The notes under the pieces are model-generated. The model did not search any database and was not told the DNA's origin. It was given only the letters and a program-made list of their open reading frames with translations. A stretch of 64,000 nt of DNA from Macrostomum lignano (Eukaryota), in the NCBI GenBank assembly GCA_002269645.1, contig NIVC01000172.1, positions 210,558 through 274,557 on the forward strand, given 5' to 3'. Positions 1-40,970 of the stretch are shown piece by piece. Each line of letters opens with the position of its first letter. The first letter of the stretch is position 1. The translations under genes and the position numbers were made by a program.

Positions 1-632
1 GCCGCCGAAAAATTCCAATTACTATATAGCAGAGAAATAAAGAAAAAACTCACAATAAAAGGTAAATAAATATATTTGCGCAGAGCCAAGTCTAAGTCAA
101 GCTCTGCATGCTGGTTAACTATACATGCCCTGGTTTAACATACCATAGCTTTGTATTTGCATCAGCCCATGCCTAGCCCAAAGTCAAGTATCAAAATTTA
201 TGCTTTGGATGGCTTAGTCAAAGAGCGTTTGAGCTTTGAAGATCTGTTCGTCAGAAAAGGCACTCTTTGCACTGCGACTCTTTCTGATCGTGAGGAAATG
301 GTTTTCTCTGCACTGTGACTCTCTCATCTGATGGTGAGAAGAATCTGCAATTTGAAACCTCTGTTAGCTTAATTCAGAACTATGTCAGTCTTGTGAAGGT
401 CTATAGATTCAAGTTAAAGTTGGGTGAGCTGAAGTACTCAATCAAAACTCAATGAGGCATAACGACATGAAGTTTATGCGGAATTAATCTCGTAAGTTTC
501 AAACTGCAGCGCAAATTGATAAAAAGTTTTTATTTGATCTTTCCGATTTCTGCATTTTATCTCGTAGATATTGTTAGGTTTATTAATAGAGCTGTGTAAG
601 AAGTTTCGCTTCCCGACATGAGTTTAAGTTGA

Positions 633-1385
633 TCACTCGAACGGCGACAGGCACTCGGCCACTGCACCGATGTATTCTTCCGAAAAGTTTGAAAAGTCGT
701 TCAGACCAGGTAGCGCATTATGGATTGACACACAGTCCTCAGCTCCTATTTTGTCGTCTGGCTGACTTATGCCGCTCGAGTCCCACAGGCTGCCCTTAAT
801 GCTGGAGTTGCAGCTGGCCCAGAACCAGCCTCCGCTCGGCTCCTCGCTGCCGGGCAGCTGCCAGCCACCGAGCATCACGCTGGTCGACGGCTCGTTGGGC
901 ACGAAGCTCTTGACGTGGCTGATTTCGGCAGAGTCGGTGATGTCAGCCATGATGGTAAGTCCGGGCTCAGCATCGATGATGGACTTCGCCAAAAAGAAGT
1001 CCTTGAAACCGGGATAAAACTTGTACTTTGTGCCGCAAAGGTCGTCAGAGAATCCGGCAGGGCACAGAGCTCCGGGCGGCAGTCCCGGCTGCTGCCTCAC
1101 GAACACCGGCGCCCTGCGAGTGCAGCCGCAGTCTCTCACGCGCTTGCTGCACCTGTTGAACACGAACAGCTGGCACGGACCGTCGGCCAAGCTGAACGCC
1201 TGACAGTCTCGTTTTGAGTTGCACAGGCCTGCGCACACGATTTTGGACGAGGCATCGCTGCGAGTCTGCACGAACTCGGGCCTGATGCACTGCAGACTGT
1301 CGAGCTCGAAGTAGCGGACGGCAGAGGCGGCAGCCAGCAGTGCAGCCGCCGCCGCAGCAGCGACGAGGCCCAGGCGGCGAGTCAT
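633..1385 (-). CDS. Secreted PAN/apple + C-type lectin domain protein, single exon (~250 aa)
   Basis: ATG at 1385. Hydrophobic signal peptide (LGLVAAAAAAALLAAASA), Cys pattern CAGLCNSKRDCQAFSL typical of PAN/apple, then CTLD-like motifs (MLGGWQ..GGWFW..W..QPD..EDCV..LND..AECL). Confidence 0.7.
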   Translation of the reverse strand: MTRRLGLVAAAAAAALLAAASAVRYFELDSLQCIRPEFVQTRSDASSKIVCAGLCNSKRDCQAFSLADGPCQLFVFNRCSKRVRDCGCTRRAPVFVRQQPGLPPGALCPAGFSDDLCGTKYKFYPGFKDFFLAKSIIDAEPGLTIMADITDSAEISHVKSFVPNEPSTSVMLGGWQLPGSEEPSGGWFWASCNSSIKGSLWDSSGISQPDDKIGAEDCVSIHNALPGLNDFSNFSEEYIGAVAECLSPFE

Positions 1386-2084
1386 CGTTGCCAAAAGGCG
1401 ATTGACAAAAGCCGCGAGCGCGAGAGTTGGTTTAATCCTTAAATAGGAGATTTCGCTTTTTGCTATTAGACTGTTTTTTAAAGCTTTTAGCCATGCGACA
1501 CTTGAGCCACGAGGTGAGAGATTGACTTGATTTTTTGGTTCAGAAATGCAAAGCAGTTTGAATTACAGCTTTTTTCACATTGCGATCGATCAACGGATTC
1601 TTAGAAACTGAATAGTGGCGCATTAATAGCAAATAGCGTTAGGCGAGGTGGAAATTTAGTGACACACAGACCATGGAACAGCGCTGACACAGTGCCGTCA
1701 GTCACACACCCGAACATCATCTCGTTAGTGCAGCATTTGTCCTCAGGCATTTCTTAAAAATTCAAGTCAAAGCAGAAGAGTTAAAGCCTACTCGTCAGTA
1801 GTATAAATAGCCGAGCTGGCTACTTAAATGCTTGCATGAGGTCGACCCATATGGTGATAATGAAGCACACAGATTGTGAACCAGTTAAATACTGACTTTG
1901 CACCTCTACCACTCACTTGACAAGACTCCAGACATCGAGTTGAATTCATCAATTCCAGACGAGGAGTTGCTCGGTTTGGATACAGAATTTTTTGTTTGGA
2001 AGCGAGATACCATAAATTTTAGCATTTCAAGAACAGACCTAGCAAGTGTTTATTAAATCTGCTTGAATCTTGACATCTCTACAA

Positions 2085-2175
2085 TTTCCCCATGAGCCTT
2101 GACATCTCAGCAATTCCCCATGAGCCTTGACATCTCAGCAATTCCCCATGAGCCTTGACATCTCAGCAATACCTC
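2085..2175. repeat. ~28-bp minisatellite, about 3 copies
   Basis: Repeated catgagccttgacatctcagcaattccc. Confidence 0.8.
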
Positions 2176-2665
2176 CTGTGAGTCACAGCATTTCAGCAGG
2201 TCGCTCGATAAGCCACGGCACAATGATTATTCTCAAAAATTTCACAATGATCGCCCATTGAAAGCATTGTGAAAACTTGTTTTTTTTATGAATATTGTAT
2301 GCTTAATCGCCTTAGCATCCAGAAATTTCTTATCCATAGTAGATGTACCGTCACTTAAAAATGTCTGATCGAACGGTGCAAGTTAAGTTTAGGAGAACAA
2401 TTATTTGTGCTTGCTGTTATTTTTGGGCACAGGGGGTTGACAAAAATAAGCAATGAACTAAGTGGTGCAGGAAGTTGCATTAGATAAGTCATGCTGCATG
2501 TGACTGCTTACATATTGGTATTACATAGGAAATCCTTGGGTTGCGCTCCTTTGTCATCATTAGTTGACTGAAAGAGACTATAGATGGGTTCTAGAGTTTA
2601 AATAAACTGAATTTCTATTTGTAGAGGTTATGAAGAACTGTACGGTCAATTCATAGGTACCTGTT

Positions 2666-2990
2666 AGGGCGCTGTAGCCCAGCGGCCCAGGCTCGATTCC
2701 AAGTGCAGTCACATCAATTTGGGGCTAAATTGGAATCTCGGCTTGTCTCTGCTCGTGTAATTAACACCCTTGAGGGCCAACCCCCAAGGCACAGTGAAGT
2801 GTACATGCCTAACGATAAATAAAGTTAGGACCGCTGTACACTCCTGTGGCCCTACGACTGCGTACGTATACGCGCGCTTGTGTGCCTGCTCAGAGGAGTC
2901 GGCAGAATGGGCAGTGATGCCTCTCGCCGGTTGTGTGACAATGTCGACTAAAGTGCACCAGCGTGCACACAGCCTCCAATAAAAAATGGG
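2666..2990 (+). mobile_element. Putative tRNA-derived SINE; related ~80-bp bodies at ~18384-18460, ~41401-41480 and ~45617-45692
   Basis: A-box-like TAGCCCAGCGG and B-box-like GCTCGATTCC near 2676-2701, followed by a body (agggccaacccccaaggcacag..gtgtacatgcc..gctgtacac) that recurs three more times in the window. Confidence 0.4.
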
Positions 2991-3845
2991 TATCCTATTA
3001 GCATGCTAGCGCATTGTTTGTGATGTTTAGCTATCTTCTTGAACTGTTTATCACTGACTGTATTGGGTCCGCGTATCGAGAAATAAATCAATTTATGAGC
3101 TCGTTCTGAAATTTTAACAACAACGAAACCAGCAACGGTTTTTGTTTTTTTTTCAAACAAGTTTAAACAAATAAAGCAAGCTTAACTAAACTGACAAGAA
3201 GTTCAGGGGAGGGGGGGGGGCTGGGAGAGTCGCTAGTCGCGGCAAGTACGATCGTGTTTAAAGCGTATTATATAAACGAGCACAAAATGAAAGCTAAAAA
3301 CACGATAACTTTGATCCGAATTGCATAGCAGATAAAACAAAAAGTTCCCTGTACTAAGCAACAGAGAACTTACTAAAAATTAGCATCAGGAGACGAAAAC
3401 ATGTCATAACTAAGAATAATGAGACATTGGACAGGCAGTTTGTCTCTCAGAAAATATTAAAGGCTCACTTCTTATTTAAAAATACATTGCCAATTTTTTT
3501 TCTTTAACAATTTGTCAGTTTCCTTATTAAACAACACCACAACATGCACAATATAAACGATTATTGTTCGGAACAAATAATAAAAAATTCTGCTTCAAGA
3601 CTAAAATACATTTGTACAAGACAAACTGGAACGGGAATCAGGCTTTGTTTTACAGCGCAAATGTTAATCGCCTTTTTTGGGATGCTCGATTCACGGCTGC
3701 AAAATACCAACACAAACGAATCAAGCGATGTCTGTTTTTTATCGACAAGAAGTGTTCTTCTAGACGCCTAGTGCTCCTGCCAGTCAAGATAAAAATCTAT
3801 TAAATTTCGTTTCCACTCAACCTATTTGTATTTTTTATTTGATCT

Positions 3846-5020
3846 CTAAAAAGACTCTGATTTGGAGATCAGCTGCCGTTTTGGCTGCTTGACTTTCAAG
3901 CTGCCCTGTCGGCCCTCACCCTTGGCCTTCGAGCAGCATTGCGGATGTACATGTATCTCCACCTGAACCTCCAGAGGATTCAGCTCCAACAGTTCCTCTG
4001 GCTCGTGCGGCTGAGGTGCAGCATTATGAAGTCTGGCGATCAGGCGTCGAATGATTCGAACGGGTTGCAGGCGCCTGATGCAGTTGCAGAAGCGTTCGGT
4101 GAAGCAAAGATACACCACGGGGTTCAGAGCGCTGTTCACGTAGGTCAGCATGGTCGTGCTGTAGGACGAGGTGGCCATTAGTTCTTCCGGGATGTAGCCG
4201 CTAATGCCCAAGTTGACGTGGGCCCAGTGCGGCACCGAGCAGATCGTGTACAGCAAGAAGATGGCCATCACCATTACGGTGACCCGATTGGCCCGCCGTT
4301 GGGCCTCGCAGGCTCCGGCCGTGGTTGAAGCGGCGTGACGGCGCACCTTGCAAAGAATGAAGCCGTAGAACAGAACCAGCAGGGACAGCGGCACAGCGCA
4401 GCCCACAATCAGATTGTAGGTGGCAAATTTGATCTCGTCCTGCACGAGACTCCCGAGTGTATTGGCGAGTTTGTCGGCCAGTAGGGGGACGGATCCTCTT
4501 CCCCGTCGGTCCCGTTCAAGCTGCGCCAGGGGGTGTGGTGCCCGCAGCTGTAGGTGACATTGTTGCCGGTGCCCCAGGCCGTCAATTCGGTGAATGCAAC
4601 CACGGGAGCGACCAGCAGAGTGCTCACCGACCACAGGGCGATCAGTAGGCACCAAGCAAATCTGGCAGTGCGCAGACGCGGCGAGAATCTTGTCAGCACG
4701 ACGGCGATGAACCGATCGAATCCCAAGGCGGTGATAATGAAGATACTCGCCGTCCAGTTCGTGTAGAGAATCATGTAGTACGCCTTGCAGGCCAGCTTGC
4801 CCCAGATCCAGCTCTTGACACTAATAAGACGCAGTAACGGAACAATGGACAACAAGTGCAGAATGTCCGCAACGGCCAGGTGACCAAGGTAGATGTTCAT
4901 CGGCTTTTTAGCGGCCGTACTCTTTATCACGGAAGTCACAATGACCGCCGCATTGCTGGCTAGACCGAAGGCTAAAATGATGCCAAATATTGGCTCGATG
5001 TATTCGTGGAACACCGGCAT
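3846..5020 (-). CDS. Rhodopsin-class (class A) neuropeptide GPCR, somatostatin/galanin/allatostatin-receptor-like, interrupted by one frameshift (~4440-4540)
   Basis: ORF 4409-5218 gives TM1-TM4 (GLASNAAVI, MNIYLGHLAVADILHL, DRFIAV). ORF 3846-4655 gives TM5-TM7 (CAVPLSLLVLFY, CSVPHW, YVNSALNPVVY). Likely ATG at 5020, just after a polypyrimidine-AG acceptor. Confidence 0.8.
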
Positions 5021-5750
5021 GCTGTTGCCTGTCAGAAGAGAAAATACCTTGAGAATGAAGTGGCTGGAGACCCAGGTGCATTTTCGAGAAATTTCGGAAC
5101 TTAAATATCCCGAAGAAGAATTCCACTGGCTTGACTTATGCTGATTCAATTTTGCAAAGCCTAAATTAAGGCAGCCAATGAGAAGTGAGACAGGAGTATT
5201 CAAGATGCTGGAGTTCATTTTTTTCTGAAGAGGAAGCTTCAGTTAACTCAACAGTTGCTTTTAATCCGGAGACCGTTCTGATGCACGAAAGTTAACATTA
5301 TTATAACTAAATCTTGTTTCTGATTTGAAGACTTTTGAAGGCTGATTCAGGTTATATTAGCTATACCTTATATTTTACTCATATATCTACTTTATAATAT
5401 CAAAATTGAAGAAAATTAAGTTGATTTATGTTAAGTATAATCATAATATGTAAAATATGAGCACCCTAGCGCAACGAGTTCGGCGACATCGTCTCACATC
5501 GAGCGGTGAGGCAATTCTGCCCATTCCGCCGACTGCTGAGCAAAAACGCTCGTACAGGCGCGCCAATACAGCGGCCATGATTTCCTAATCATCAGGCATA
5601 TGTGTGAATCGCACAACCCCCCCCCCAGTTAACTCTCGAGCACAAGCCTCAAATGAATGCGGCTCCGCATGGAGTCGAACCAGGGGTTCTTGGCCGAGTC
5701 AGACGCGTTTACTGCTGAGATCTGAAGGATACCCTAACCCTAACCCAAAC

Positions 5751-7415
5751 TATAGTCTCGGTGGACAAGACCTCCGAAGGGCCTCGGTGGACAAGACCTC
5801 CAAAGGATAGTCTCGGTGGACAAGACCTCCGAAGGGCCTCGGTGGACAAGACCTCCAAAGGATAGTCTCGGTGGACAAGACCTCCGAAGGATAGTCTCGG
5901 TGGACAAGACCTCCGAAGGCTAGTCTCGGTGGACAAGACCTCCGAAGGATAGTCTCGGTGGACAAGACCTCCGAAGGCTAGTCTCGGTGGACAAGACCTC
6001 CGAAAGCTAGTCTCGGTGGACAAGACCTCCGAAGGATAGGCTCGATAGACAAGACCTCCGAAGGATAGGCTCGATAGACAAGACCTCCGAAGGATAGTCT
6101 CGATAGACAAGACCTCCGAAGGATAGTCTCGGTAAACAAGACCTCCGAAGGCTAGTCTCGGTAGACAAGACCTCCAAAGGATAGGCTCGATAGACAAGAC
6201 CTCCGAAGGATAGTCTCGGTGGACAAAACCTCCGAAAGCTAGTCTCGGTGGACAAAACCTCCGAAGGCTAGTCTCGGTGGACAAGACCTCCGAAGGATAG
6301 GCTCGATAGACAAGACCTCCGAAGGATAGTCTCAATAGACAAGACCTCCGAAGGATAGTCTCGGTGGGCAAGACCTCCGAAGGCTAGTCTCGGTGGACAA
6401 GACCTCCAAAGGATAGGCTCGATAGACAAGACCTCCGAAGGATAGTCTCGGTGGACAAGATCTCCGAAGGATAGTCTCGGTAGACAAGATCTCCGAAGGA
6501 TAGTCTCGGTGGACAAGACCTCCGAAGGATAGTCTCGGTGGGCAAGACCTCTGAAGGATAGTCTCGGTGGACAAGACCTCCGAAGGATAGTCTCGGTGGA
6601 CAAGATCTCCGAAGGATAGTCTCGGTAGACAAGATCTCCGAAGGCTAGTCTCGGTAGACAAGATCTCCGAAGGATAGTCTCGGTAGACAAGATCTCCGAA
6701 GGATAGTCTCGGTGGACAAGACCTCCGAAGGATAGTCTCGGTGGACAAGACCTCCGAAGGCTAGTCTCGGTGGACAAGACCTCCGAAGGATAGTCTCGGT
6801 GGACAAGACCTCCGAAGGCTAGTCTCGGTGGACAAGACCTCCGAAAGCTAGTCTCGGTGGACAAGACCTCCGAAGGATAGGCTCGATAGACAAGACCTCC
6901 GAAGGATAGGCTCGATAGACAAGACCTCCGAAGGATAGTCTCGATAGACAAGACCTCCGAAGGATAGTCTCGGTAAACAAGACCTCCGAAGGCTAGTCTC
7001 GGTAGACAAGACCTCCAAAGGATAGGCTCGATAGACAAGACCTCCGAAGGATAGTCTCGGTGGACAAAACCTCCGAAAGCTAGTCTCGGTGGACAAAACC
7101 TCCGAAGGCTAGTCTCGGTGGACAAGACCTCCGAAGGATAGTCTCGGTGGACAAGATCTCCGAAGGATAGTCTCGGTAGACAAGATCTCCGAAGGATAGT
7201 CTCGGTAAACAAGACCTCCGAAGGATAGTCTCGGTGGACAAGACCTCCGAAGGATAGTCTCGGTAAACAAGACCTCCGAAGGATAGTCTCGGTGGACAAG
7301 ACCTCCGAAGGATAGTCTCGGTAGACAAGACCTCCGAAGGATAGTCTCGGTGGACAAGACCTCCGAAGGATAGTCTCGGTAGACAAGACCTCCGAAGGAT
7401 AGTCTCGGTGGACAA
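5751..7415. repeat. 29-bp satellite array with internal higher-order duplication
   Basis: Unit ggatagtctcggtggacaagacctccgaa in tandem, no spacers. A block of variants at ~6000-6300 recurs 841 bp (29x29) downstream. Confidence 0.95.
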
Positions 7416-7804
7416 GTGCGGGAGAAACTTTTGCTTTTGCAGAAAAGGCAATCAGTTAAAACAGAAGTCACTGACGCAACCCCCAGACTGAGTCGACACC
7501 GAAAGGGCGTTGGTAAAATATTCTTGGAAAAAATATCTTCGCTGCCATCGACATGACTAAGGCGGCCCCGGTCAGTCCAGCGACACGGCCCTCACAAGGG
7601 CTGATTAATCCGTAGAGAGGTAGCTCCTGTGTTGCTGGGCCCGGCAACCCCCAGCCTCCATGCACTGGCAACTCACGGATTTCGTTGACGGAAAGAACAG
7701 TGAGATCAGAAATAAATTCCAAATCAGCAGCCATGACTCATAGCTCGAGAGAGAGAGCTCACTTTGAGAGTTGAAAAAGTTTCTGCTATTATGAACTAGC
7801 AGTT

Positions 7805-7980
7805 GAGGTAGATAAGGTACAGTAGCTGAGGTAGATAAGGTATAGTAGCCAAGGTAGATAAGGTATAGTAGCCAAGGTAGATAAGGTATAGTAGCCAAGG
7901 TAGATAAGGTATAGTAGCCAAGGTAGATAGGGTACAATAGCCAAGGTAGATAAGGTATAGTAGCCAAGGTAGATATGGTA
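7805..7980. repeat. 23-bp minisatellite
   Basis: Unit gtagataaggtatagtagccaag. Confidence 0.9.
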
Positions 7981-8339
7981 TGCTATTTTTATTTAACGTA
8001 CATTTACTAAAAATCACTCCTTTTTAGTATTAATAATCCCCTCCTGTTCATTTTTTCTTTAATAAACTGTCTATTTAAAATCAAAAGCTTGAGACTGTTC
8101 TCAAGTGTTCTAGTAGTACAGTATGCAGACTAACTATAGTGCCTTAAGTGGCAACTCAAATTGTATAAGACAAAGACACCAAATTCAGTTTTTCAACAAT
8201 TTTTTTTCGAAATTAACGGAAAACTGTTCAATGCTAAATAAAACTTAACAGATTTTATTGTGAGACTTTTAACAGAACATTATTTATAAATTATAATTAT
8301 AATAAATTATAGTAAATTATACAATATTATAATAAATTG

Positions 8340-8550
8340 GGGTGGTAGGCGATAGGAGCAGTGAGTACATTGGGGTGGTGGGTGATAGGAGCCGTGAGTA
8401 CATTGGGGTGGTGGGCGATAGAGCCGTGAGTAAATTGGGGTGGTGGGTGATTGGAGCCGTGCGTACATTGGGGTGGTGGGCGATAGGAGGCGTGCGTACA
8501 TTGGGGTGGTGGGCGATAGGAGACGTGAGTACACTGGGGTGACGGGCGAT
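8340..8550. repeat. ~33-bp minisatellite
   Basis: Unit approximately gggtggtgggcgataggagccgtgagtacattg. Confidence 0.85.
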
Positions 8551-8999
8551 GGGAACAGTGCGTGCTTGTCTCCAAAAAGTTCAAGTTTGAACAAATAAAA
8601 ATTTTGCATTAAATACGTTGTGTAATTGGTGTGTACCTTGAAAAAAACAATTGTCGCTGTAGCGTGTTTGAATGAACGGAAATAATTTTTCGATAATACG
8701 GGTAACCCACCGATTGATGTACTCGATCTGAATAAATCATTCTTTAGTTGAATTGAAAGCAAATTTTAATACGAGAGTGGTATCAAGTGATTTAGTGCGG
8801 AACAATTCCGGAGAAAATAAAGCCGGAAACTGGAAAACACCGTGATTGACTTCGTGAAAGTAATGTACGCAATCAAGTGGCCTTAGCGTAGATCCAGCCA
8901 TTAAATTACTGGAGTAAGTAGATACTGGCTATCAGTGAAGGCAAAGAGGTCAGGTAACTCTCAGATGGGAAAATCCCCGACAGAAGACCCCAAAATCAG

Positions 9000-9148
9000 C
9001 AGATCACATCAGCTTCAAATCCCATCAGCTTCAAATCCAAGCAACTTCAAATCCCATTAACTTCAAATCCCATCATCTTCAAATCCCATCATCTTCAGAT
9101 CCCATCATCTTCAAATCCCATCAACTTCAGATCCCATTAGCTTCAGAC
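9000..9148. repeat. 16-bp minisatellite, inverted relative to the array at 10790-11330
   Basis: Unit agcttcaaatcccatc. Confidence 0.85.
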
Positions 9149-9202
9149 AAAACTTTTACCAAATAGCAAACGGTCGGCAGGGGCACTAGCTACTCATAGT
9201 AA

Positions 9203-35979
<26,777 letters not shown>

Positions 35980-37534
35980 TATTGGCTGTGCTTATGTGCT
36001 GTCAGTGACAATCAATAGCAAAGATGTCTGAAAGTTTAAAAATAGAAACTAGATAAGTGAGATATGAGAATCTAAAATACTAAATAAATAGGATTTTGTG
36101 AAATAAAATCTTTAAGTTTCAAATTTTACAAGTATTCTAACATTTTATGGAAAGAAAAAGTTCAAAGAGAAACAATACTATATAAGATATAATCTTCTTA
36201 TAATCTTATAATCTTATAATTCTTATAATCTTCTATTTCAGTAGCTATATAAATCAATAGCTAACATTTTACCAACCTTTTATAGAATATATATATATAG
36301 CTACTGTATATTATATATATATTTAATATGATAATTATAAATTTATTTTTTTTATAAATTAAATTGTTAATTGTATAAATTTAGTCTACTTATATAACAT
36401 TTAAAAAAGTTTATAGGGCAAATTGTGCCAATATACAAGTATAATTTCTATTATCAGTTTTTAGATCAAATTTCTAGTAAAGAATGCTAATAGAAGTAAA
36501 TACATCTAATTTTCATTGTAATTAAATATTAAATTATACAATTGCTATGTATATGCTTTATAATTCTAGATGCAATTTTCACTTAAATTTTTTTAATATT
36601 TATAGTGAAAATATTAGGCAAATATACAAATTTAAATCTTAGCAAAGCAATGATCTAGTTGCCATTTGTATCTTTCTGAGCTGCAACAGAGGAATTTTAA
36701 TATGTGGATCCAAATTTGTGCCAGTGCCACAGTTGACAAAACCTACCAGTCAATGGACAATTACCAATGTTTTGTGAAGGTAAGAATAAGCAATCTCACT
36801 AGCAACTTCAATATACTTTATCAAAATAGATGAAAAAGCAAGATCACAAAAATAATGTTAAAATGATAAATAAAAGTTAATTTTACTATGCAATAGTTTT
36901 TAATGAAAAATAACTCACGAAATACTAAAGGTTACAATAATGTATAATCTGTTAATTCATTGATAGCTTGATAACTTGATATGTTTTCCCAGGATATATT
37001 TTATGCTTGTTAAACAAGTCGAATCTAAAGGTTCGCTTATAGTTAAAGGAGCAGGATGGAGGGATTATAAATTCTAACATCGGCGTGCAGTGTGATACCA
37101 AACACATGCACATGCAGCTCTAAAAGGCGAAAACTTCAAATTCTTCAAGTGCGATAAAATTTTTTGAATTTCAAAATTTTTGTTTTCGTAAAAGGCTTTA
37201 ACAAATAGTCTTGACAACTAATCAAACTAGGCAGATTAAATGACTATTTCATACTTTTTACTATTCAATCTTGTTTAAATATTAGGAAGCTCAGTTTCTA
37301 TTTGAATTTAAACTAACAGTGGGAAACAAAAACGTCCGAAATTGTGCGACGACAGAATGGGGAAGTTTTGTTAGAGTTAGATGCTGAATTTTCTTTTAAT
37401 CACTTTATTATCGCAATGCAGAAAGTAATGAGGAATAATTAATTTATTCCGTGCACTAGCTCTCTGAACAATCAAGTATGACTATAAGTAAATAGATACA
37501 TGTAGAGTGGGGACCATGTTGTTTTTATAGTAAA

Positions 37535-38852
<1,318 letters not shown>

Positions 38853-40753
38853 GTTAGAGTTAGATGCTGAATTTTCTTTTAATCACTTTATTATCGCAAT
38901 GCAGAAAGTAATGAGGAATAATTAATTTATTCCGTGCACTAGCTCTCTGAACAATCAAGTATGACTATAAGTAAATAGATACATGTAGAGTGGGGACCAT
39001 GTTGTTTTTATAGTAAATCTAAAAAGCATGATGGCTAGCCTTTGGTTTTAAACCAGTAAAAACGCTACGCAGTTAGGAGATGGCATTTTTCAGCATGAAA
39101 TATTTTCTTTGGAGGTTTTCTTTTTGTTTCTTTAGTCTTTTCTTACTTACCCATTTGCAGCTTTTTTAGCCTTGCAAGCTTTTTTTCAAAATAGTAGTAG
39201 TGACCGTACTAATTTATATTCAAGTGTGATTTAAAGAGATGAATTGTAGTATATTCTACGATAGTTTTATAAATAAAACTTTCCTGAATGACATTCGCAT
39301 TATTTTTTATTTGGTAACTTCTTTTATTATCAGTTCCTGCTCTTTCGCTTTTACATGTATCGTGTTAGATTATATCATGTTTTAATGTTAAGAATGTCGA
39401 TCTTTAACCTACGATCTTCAAATTATAATTATTTTACTATTTCAATTTACAAAATTATGTAGAAAATTGACTCATTTGCAATGAGACATCGTTTTTTATT
39501 TTTGAAAGTCGTAAAAAGGTCTACTTTTGTTGCGTCCAATATTTTTGTTACTTTTGTTACTTTTAGAAAAGAAGATCGATTCATAGCAAAACATCTTTTG
39601 TCCGTGACAATGACAATTTTACTCAAATAAGGTAGTGGTTTATAAAACTGAAGAAGGAATTGATTCTTAAAAAATGTGCTGTTGAATTTGAGTTTAATCG
39701 TTCGTTCTACACGTACGGTAAATGAGCACGAGTTTCAATTGGCCATGACAGTTTGCTTAATTCACTTAATCTCACATTCACGATAGCTTACTTTTAGTAA
39801 GGTTTAGCTGCAAAAGTACATGTACGCTCGTACATTAAATTTTTTCCTTTACGATCCCGTGGGAGTCGGGATTGAGGGCCAGCCACAATTGCGCTCGTAG
39901 AAAAGGCCTACAGTTTTATAAGCAAAAATGAGATCAATTAAAATTGCGCAACACAAGAATTTGTCTATGGCAAAACCCCATTTAGCCCTATGCGTTCTCT
40001 AGGGTATTCTAACTAAATGCACTATGGCTATAGGACAAATATACCTTCCAGCCACCAGCTCCTTTCTAAAAAACCGAATGTAGCGTTTGTTCTCAAATTT
40101 TATTTTTGCAAAAATCGGAAGAAGAATTAGTTAGTACAGTACATGTGCGTACTGTATACCGCAAAAGCTAGAAAAATTAGCTTTTTCTAATTTTCAGTGG
40201 TCCAAAACACCGTCTTCTAATTGAGTTTCTGATTTCTTAGTACTGAACCGTGAGGTATCATGCCAGAGGTCTACTCCATGCAAAACTTCAGAAAAAAATT
40301 CTGCGTGTTCAAAAATTTTCAATTGTTCGACTCAAAAACAGAAATTATGGAGAAATATTTAAAGAAAATGATTTTAAAAAATTCTGCTTTGAGGAATTTT
40401 CTACGAATGGAATTTTTTGAAGTAGTTTCAGGCACTTCACTGCAGCTGCACAGCTGGCCGATCCCCGGTTGATTCATTCAGCATTCAACAGCCCAAATGC
40501 ATGCAGGCGGTAATCCTGGCGGAGGTCTCTAGCTCGCACTCTGCCCTCCAATTCTCTTCCCTGAGCTGAGAACGGCTCGTAGGAGAAATCAATCAATACT
40601 CTGGCCCCAGAAATATTTCACAAGCAAAATTGTATCTGTGCGATTCCATTGGTTGCTATTATGGATACAAAATCTGCACTCGCTCACGGGCGGCAGAGAA
40701 GCAAGTTTAAGCAAACCTGTGCGCGAATGGTGGGGGCGGGCATGAGAGTAAGA

Positions 40754-40795
<42 letters not shown>

Positions 40796-40970
40796 CAAAA
40801 CCCCGAAACCAAAGACAGAATTGAGTTCTTCTCATGTAGTTTTATTGTTGAAGCTCTGCTATCACTCGTAACTGCACTGAAGCGACTTTGCTCTGTGTGC
40901 TCTGAGATTTCTCTCGTTGATTCAATTTAATTTCCTGTCATTTCCTTTGTTAAAAAGCAACAGATCAAGG

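Noticed and set aside
5660-5725. tRNA gene on the minus strand
   Set aside because: A B-box-like motif is present but I could not build a cloverleaf; at most a SINE or tRNA relic.
5732-5746. Telomere
   Set aside because: Only about 2.5 CCCTAA units in an internal position.
5751-7415. CRISPR array (29-bp repeats; likewise the 33-35-bp arrays at 44335, 54445 and 60076)
   Set aside because: Units are head-to-tail with no unique spacers, there are no cas genes, and the context is eukaryotic. These are satellites.
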